Assembly: GCA_040256005.1 (NCBI GenBank)
Contig: JBDZWC010000051.1
Location: forward strand, 1-18,918
Source: Deinococcaceae bacterium
Lineage (GTDB): Bacteria; Deinococcota; Deinococci; Deinococcales; Trueperaceae
Length of the DNA stretch: 18,918 nucleotides
Direction of reading: 5' to 3'
In this document: piece by piece, positions 14,629 to 18,918 of the stretch
How positions within the stretch are numbered: position 1 is the stretch's first letter
How the letters are laid out: each line of letters begins with the position of its first letter
The notes under the pieces: generated by a model
Seen by the model: only the letters and a program-made list of their open reading frames with translations
The model's database searches: none
Told to the model about the DNA's origin: nothing
Made by a program: the position numbers and the translations under genes

Positions 14629-16452
14629 TCAGCGGCCGGCGGTGAGCGCCAGGCGGGCCGCCAACTCGTACGCCTGGCCCTGGTCGAGGGGCCCGTCGGG
14701 TGGCGCTGCGCGCCAGGCCAACCCGGCCTGGTACAGCCCCGCCCACCCTTCGCCCGGGCACGTGGTCAGGAGGCAGGCCGCCTCCCGCATCAGGGCGGTC
14801 GCGGCCTGGGTCGACAGCGGTGCATCGAGTGGCGCCACACCGGCCGCCGCGCCCACGATCGTTTGCGCCGCCCCCGGCCGGTCGTGATAGCGGGTGGCGA
14901 CGTTGGCGAGCAGGTAGGCGAAGGACAACGTCGTCGTGGAGCGGCTCAGCCTGGGGTCGTTCTCGTACCCGCCCACCGCGAGCCCGCGCGCGACCATCAC
15001 GCGGAACGCCCGGTAGTGCTCGTGCTCGCTCGGGCCCAGCGGCGGCCGCGGCCTGACCGGTGGGAGGTAGGCGCCGCGCTCGGCGAGGCGCTCCCGCACC
15101 GTGGCGATCAGCGTGGCGTCGAGGGCCGCCGTCTGGGCGCTCATGCCCCTGTCGGTCGCGGCGGCTGCCGCGACGCCCGCGGCCTCGGCCATCGCCATGC
15201 CGAAGGGAACCACCCTCGCGCTCGCGAACGCGACCGGGTCGTAGCCGGCGCTACGCCCGACGACCCACAATCCCGATGGTCCGCCGCGCGGCACGAGCAT
15301 GCACAACCTGCCCCCGTACATCTCGGGGTTGCCCCAGACGTAGCCCGTGTCGCTCGGTGTCATTGACTGCGCGTCCAGCGGGTACCCACCTGCCGCCACG
15401 TCCTGAGGTGATACGCGGTTGTCGAAGACGTCGTCGGCGCTGAGCGTGCACCGTGCCCTCAGGTGCCTGCTCTCGCGCACGTACAGCTCATCCGCCCCGC
15501 CCGCGAACACCGCACCCTCGAACCCCGGCACGTGCTCGGAGAGGTACTGGACGATGCTGGGGCCCTCGGCCAACGCGCGCTCGCGCCCCGCTGCTCGGCT
15601 CACCGGATCGAGCGGGTCGATGCCGTAGATGAGTAGCGCGTTGACCAGCACGGTGCCGTCGTGCTGCCTGCCGAGGTTCAGGCCGCGGAGCCTGAGTCCG
15701 GGCTGCGTGGGCTGGTACGCCGCCGGGACGCCGCCGAAGTGGCCCCAGACGACCTCTTCCTTGGCGACCGCGTAGTCGCGGCCCCGGGCCCTCACGCCGG
15801 CCGTGAGGGCCCGCCAGTCCACGCCGCTCACCCTCAAGACGAGCGTGTCGGCTTGTCGGATATCCACGCCGAACGCCCGCCAGCCGACGTCGAAGCCGGC
15901 TCCCGCGGCGGCGGCCAGGTCCGCGTCCGCGGTGCCGTCGATCACCTGCCGCGCGAGCGCGACGAACCGGCGCGCGTCGCCGCCCTCGAACTCGATGCCC
16001 GCCAGCACTCCTGGCTCCACGACGAGCGGCCGCACACCGGCTACCGAACGCACCACCCGCACGCCCGCGGCCGCCAGCAGCTCCGTGAAGGCCGCCTCCG
16101 CATCGTGCACGTCGAACGACTCGCCCCTACCCACCAGGCGCCACCAGCGCTCGAACAACCCGCTCTGGTAGTCGTGTGGCTGGGTCTTGAGGTCGAGCAC
16201 GTTGAGCTCGCCCAACACGAACAGCCCGCCGAGGCGCTCGTCGGGCGTCACCAGCAGGGTCTCGGCGCCCTCCTCGGCGGCTGCGACGGCCGCGACGATG
16301 GCCTCGGGCTCGCTGCCGTAGACGATCACGTCGACGGACAACCGGGTGGGGGCGGGCTCGACCGACTGGGCCCACCCGAGCCCGCTCGCCGCCATGGCGA
16401 GGGCCAGCAGCAGGAGGCGGAGCGCGAGAGGGTACGCCGACAGGCGCGTCAC
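14629..16452 (-). CDS. Exported FAD-dependent oxidoreductase (FAD_oxidored/PF12831-like family)
   Basis: Signal peptide (RLLLLALAMAASGLGWA), Rossmann start DVIVYGSEPEAIVAAVAAAEEG, LGGLF, VIDGTADADLA, LYVRESRH, YPLD, SARVVPFGMAMAEAAGVAAA. The GTG overlaps the upstream TGA (GTGA). Confidence 0.85.
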   Translation of the reverse strand: MTRLSAYPLALRLLLLALAMAASGLGWAQSVEPAPTRLSVDVIVYGSEPEAIVAAVAAAEEGAETLLVTPDERLGGLFVLGELNVLDLKTQPHDYQSGLFERWWRLVGRGESFDVHDAEAAFTELLAAAGVRVVRSVAGVRPLVVEPGVLAGIEFEGGDARRFVALARQVIDGTADADLAAAAGAGFDVGWRAFGVDIRQADTLVLRVSGVDWRALTAGVRARGRDYAVAKEEVVWGHFGGVPAAYQPTQPGLRLRGLNLGRQHDGTVLVNALLIYGIDPLDPVSRAAGRERALAEGPSIVQYLSEHVPGFEGAVFAGGADELYVRESRHLRARCTLSADDVFDNRVSPQDVAAGGYPLDAQSMTPSDTGYVWGNPEMYGGRLCMLVPRGGPSGLWVVGRSAGYDPVAFASARVVPFGMAMAEAAGVAAAAATDRGMSAQTAALDATLIATVRERLAERGAYLPPVRPRPPLGPSEHEHYRAFRVMVARGLAVGGYENDPRLSRSTTTLSFAYLLANVATRYHDRPGAAQTIVGAAAGVAPLDAPLSTQAATALMREAACLLTTCPGEGWAGLYQAGLAWRAAPPDGPLDQGQAYELAARLALTAGR

Positions 16453-17612
16453 CGCGGAGCGCCCCCCGGAGGCCCGAGAAGCTCGGAGATCACCGAGCGC
16501 GCGACGCTGGTCGCGGCATCGGGGCGAGCCAGGCGCGCGGCGGAGGAGCGCATGGCGGCCATGCGCCCTGGCTCCTCCAGGAGCCGTCTGAGCTTGAAGG
16601 TGAACGTCGTGAGCGGCTCGACCCTCGCCGCGGCGCCGTTCTCGAGCAGGAAGTCGGCGTTGGCCTCCTCCTGCAACGGATAGGGGCTGACGAGGAGGAG
16701 CGGCAGGTGCGCCGCCAACGCCTCGCTCGTGGTGAGGCCGCCCGGTTTCGTGAGGACGAGGTCGGCTGCGGCCATGCGCACCGGGACGTCGGCGACGACC
16801 CCGTGGACCCTGAAGCGCACGGGGCCGGAGTGCTCGCCGACGGCGCGCCGGGCCGAGCCGGCCAGCCGCTCGCTCCGGCCGGTGACGACCTCAACGTCGA
16901 GGGGCCACCTGAGGCTGGCCAGCTGCCGGAGGACCGCCTCCAGGTCTGCTTCCGGCAGTCCCCCGGCCATGACGAGGAGCACGTCGCGATCGGGCTCCAG
17001 GTCCAATCGGCGCCGGGCGGCGGCCTTGGACGGCAGGCGCGCGAAGCCGGGGTCTATCGGGATGCCGGTCACGCTGACCCGGCTGGCGTCGACGCCGGAG
17101 GACACCAGGTGCGCCCTCACCTCCGGGGCCGCCACGTAGTAGCGGGAGATGCCCGGCTGGAGCCACAGGCTGTGCGCGAAGAAATCGGTGATGACCTCGC
17201 CCTGAGGCAGAGGCTGCCTGCGCCGCATGCGGCCCGCCATGACCTCGGGACCCAGGAAGTGCGTGTGCAGGAGCGCGGCGGGAGCGAACCGCTCGATGAT
17301 GCGCGGCAGCTCGTAGGAGAGCATGCGCACCACACGGGCACGCAGCCGCCTCTGGACCGAGAGGGTCTCGGTGGGACGCCGGTCCAAGCGCCGGCCCAGC
17401 CACTCGACCAGGTCTGGGACGTTGCGAACGAGGTCGAAGTAGGCCTGCCGGTAGAGGCGCCTGAACGGTGCCGCCGTGTGCTCCAGCAGGTCGACGTGGC
17501 TGGTCTCGACCCCCAGCTCGCCGAACGCGGCCACCACCGCCTTCGCGGCCGCGACGTGGCCGCCGCCGATCGAAGCTGACAGGACCAGGACGCGTTCCGC
17601 GGCGCGTGCCAC
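16449..17612 (-). CDS. MGDG synthase / UgtP-like diacylglycerol glycosyltransferase (GT28)
   Basis: RVLVLSASIGGGHVAAAKA, HTHF, VITDFFAHSLW, VTGIPI, TKPGGLTTSEALA, QEEANA. Confidence 0.9.
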   Translation of the reverse strand: MARAAERVLVLSASIGGGHVAAAKAVVAAFGELGVETSHVDLLEHTAAPFRRLYRQAYFDLVRNVPDLVEWLGRRLDRRPTETLSVQRRLRARVVRMLSYELPRIIERFAPAALLHTHFLGPEVMAGRMRRRQPLPQGEVITDFFAHSLWLQPGISRYYVAAPEVRAHLVSSGVDASRVSVTGIPIDPGFARLPSKAAARRRLDLEPDRDVLLVMAGGLPEADLEAVLRQLASLRWPLDVEVVTGRSERLAGSARRAVGEHSGPVRFRVHGVVADVPVRMAAADLVLTKPGGLTTSEALAAHLPLLLVSPYPLQEEANADFLLENGAAARVEPLTTFTFKLRRLLEEPGRMAAMRSSAARLARPDAATSVARSVISELLGPPGGAPR

Positions 17613-17618
17613 CCGGCC

Positions 17619-17624
17619 AGCATA
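17619..17624 (-). promoter_or_regulatory. Putative -10 element (TATGCT) for leaderless glycosyltransferase-oxidoreductase operon
   Basis: Minus strand TATGCT-ggccgg-GTG(17612), 6-nt spacing, no SD. Confidence 0.7.
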
Positions 17625-17650
17625 GCTTCAGGCGGCTCTCAGACGGCCGG

Positions 17651-17659
17651 TGATAGCAT
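17651..17659 (+). promoter_or_regulatory. Putative extended -10 promoter (TGaTAGCAT) for the lipoprotein gene
   Basis: TG-n-TAGCAT followed by GGAGG (17668-17672) and ATG 17679. Confidence 0.6.
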
Positions 17660-17678
17660 GGCTGCCCGGAGGCCGAAC

Positions 17679-18758
17679 ATGCGCGCGCTGTACCTGCTCG
17701 CCACCTCGCTCCTCGTCTTGCTCCTCGCCGGTTGCGAGCCGGAGCCGGACAGGAGCGCGCACGACCTCTTCCTGTACGGGGACGAGTCGACCAGGGTCAC
17801 CTACTTCTACGGCGGCTCCGGGCAGCTCGCCTACGAGGGTGGCACGCTGGAGCTGGAAGAAGCAGGTGCGAGCGACGAGAGGCGTGAGGGCCCGTACGCC
17901 GTTCCGGGGTCGCTCGTCGTGAACGGGCAGCCCTATCTGACAGCGCCCCTGGAGCCGCTGCCGGAGCCGCCCGCGACGGCGAGCCGCATCCCGCTCACCA
18001 CGGACATGCAGCTGACGATCGGCGCCGACGTGGGCGAGATCGTGTACTACGACGGCAGCAGCTACCTCTCGCTGGTGCAGGACGGGGCGCCGGGCGTCAC
18101 GCAGCGGGTCGTGCCGCGGCCGCGCCTGAACGAGCTGCGGGGGCTGGGCCAGCTCACGAACGGCGAAGCCGACGCGCTGGCGACAGCGCTGGAAGCGGGC
18201 GGGCCGTTCGTGCTCGTCGAGCTGCTCGAGGCGGACCTGCCCGCTCATGCGATCGACGGCCTGGCCGAGCACAGACGCACCGGTCTCTACGTGCAGCACG
18301 ACATCGCGACGGACGAGGGGGCCTTCAGGCCCTCCCCGGAGCAACTCGCCTGGGAGACCGTCGCCAGCGGCAACCAGGCCACAGGGGTCTCATCTCCGCG
18401 GTTCGAGATGATCTCGAACCAGCAGCAGCTCGTGTCCTTCTGGACCCGCGTGCACGCCTCACAGCTGCAGCCGCCACCGCTCCCCAGCGTCGCGTTCGAG
18501 CGCGAGACGCTTGTCGCGATCTACCAAGGGCAGCAGACGACGGGGGGCTACGCGGTGCAGGCGCGTCGCGTCGTCGAAGAAGGCGGCGAGCTCTACGTCG
18601 ACGTCGTCTTCACCGAGCCTGCCGAGGGAGCGGTGACGACCCAGGCCGTGACCAGCCCCTGGACCCTGGTCAGGGTACTGCGCAGCGGTTACAGCGTGGC
18701 CTGGATCAGGGACGTCTCCGACGGCACGCTGTTGGGGGTCGCGCGCCGCACCGAGTGA
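17679..18758 (+). CDS. Lipoprotein with C-terminal PrcB (protease complex subunit PrcB-like) domain
   Basis: MRALYLLATSLLVLLLAGC lipobox, with GGAGG 6 nt upstream. The C-terminal VAIYQGQQTTGGYAV..LYVDV..EP..VTTQAVTSPWTLVRV matches the PrcB_C pattern. Confidence 0.82.
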   Translation: MRALYLLATSLLVLLLAGCEPEPDRSAHDLFLYGDESTRVTYFYGGSGQLAYEGGTLELEEAGASDERREGPYAVPGSLVVNGQPYLTAPLEPLPEPPATASRIPLTTDMQLTIGADVGEIVYYDGSSYLSLVQDGAPGVTQRVVPRPRLNELRGLGQLTNGEADALATALEAGGPFVLVELLEADLPAHAIDGLAEHRRTGLYVQHDIATDEGAFRPSPEQLAWETVASGNQATGVSSPRFEMISNQQQLVSFWTRVHASQLQPPPLPSVAFERETLVAIYQGQQTTGGYAVQARRVVEEGGELYVDVVFTEPAEGAVTTQAVTSPWTLVRVLRSGYSVAWIRDVSDGTLLGVARRTE

Positions 18759-18791
18759 CCACGAGCCGACCGGCTGCGCGGCCCGCGTGGC

Positions 18792-18917
18792 TCAGGTCAG
18801 CTCGTACGGGATGAACAGCTTGCGGTACTCGTCGTTGGCGTAGCGATCGGTCATGCCGGACAGGTAGTCGCTCAGCGCCCGCTTGATCCCCTCTTCCTCC
18901 GCCTCGCGCTGGACGTC
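18792..18917 (-). CDS. dgt: C-terminus of a dGTP triphosphohydrolase-family protein, truncated by the window edge
   Basis: The minus strand reads DVQREAEEEGIKRALSDYLSGMTDRYANDEYRKLFIPYELT*. DYxxGMTDRYA is the conserved dGTPase C-terminal motif. Not in the ORF track. Confidence 0.85.
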   Translation of the reverse strand, partial: DVQREAEEEGIKRALSDYLSGMTDRYANDEYRKLFIPYELT

Positions 18918-18918
18918 G

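Noticed and set aside
1..18918. Mobile elements, prophage, CRISPR array, tRNA/rRNA or a defence island
   Set aside because: No transposase or integrase motifs, no repeat-spacer periodicity and no low-GC segment. Intergenic gaps are too short, or show no such structure.

Overview
Very GC-rich, densely coding bacterial chromosomal segment. It is most consistent with Deinococcota (Truepera/Deinococcus-like); this is inferred from the Zn-finger RecO, the Zn-free Lys-tailed TopA and many -10-only (TANNNT) leaderless promoters. Gene order: 3' part of trpS > coupled alkaline-phosphatase-superfamily metalloenzyme >< SpoIIM-family membrane protein <> small HD hydrolase > folC >< plsY-like < recO < topA < recR < ybaB/ebfC < dnaX <> patatin > DUF815 AAA+ ATPase >< exported FAD-dependent oxidoreductase < MGDG-synthase/UgtP-like glycosyltransferase <> PrcB-domain lipoprotein >< 3' end of dgt. 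No mobile elements, RNA genes or CRISPR arrays were seen, so this is mostly core genome. Best leads: (i) a PlsY homologue whose three signature motifs each carry a substitution at a functionally important residue; (ii) a coupled glycolipid synthase plus exported flavoprotein operon; (iii) a probable CTG-initiated metalloenzyme coupled to trpS; (iv) a patatin plus DUF815 ATPase pair; (v) several leaderless promoters that correct ORF-track starts. No clearly novel multi-gene system can be proven from the sequence alone.
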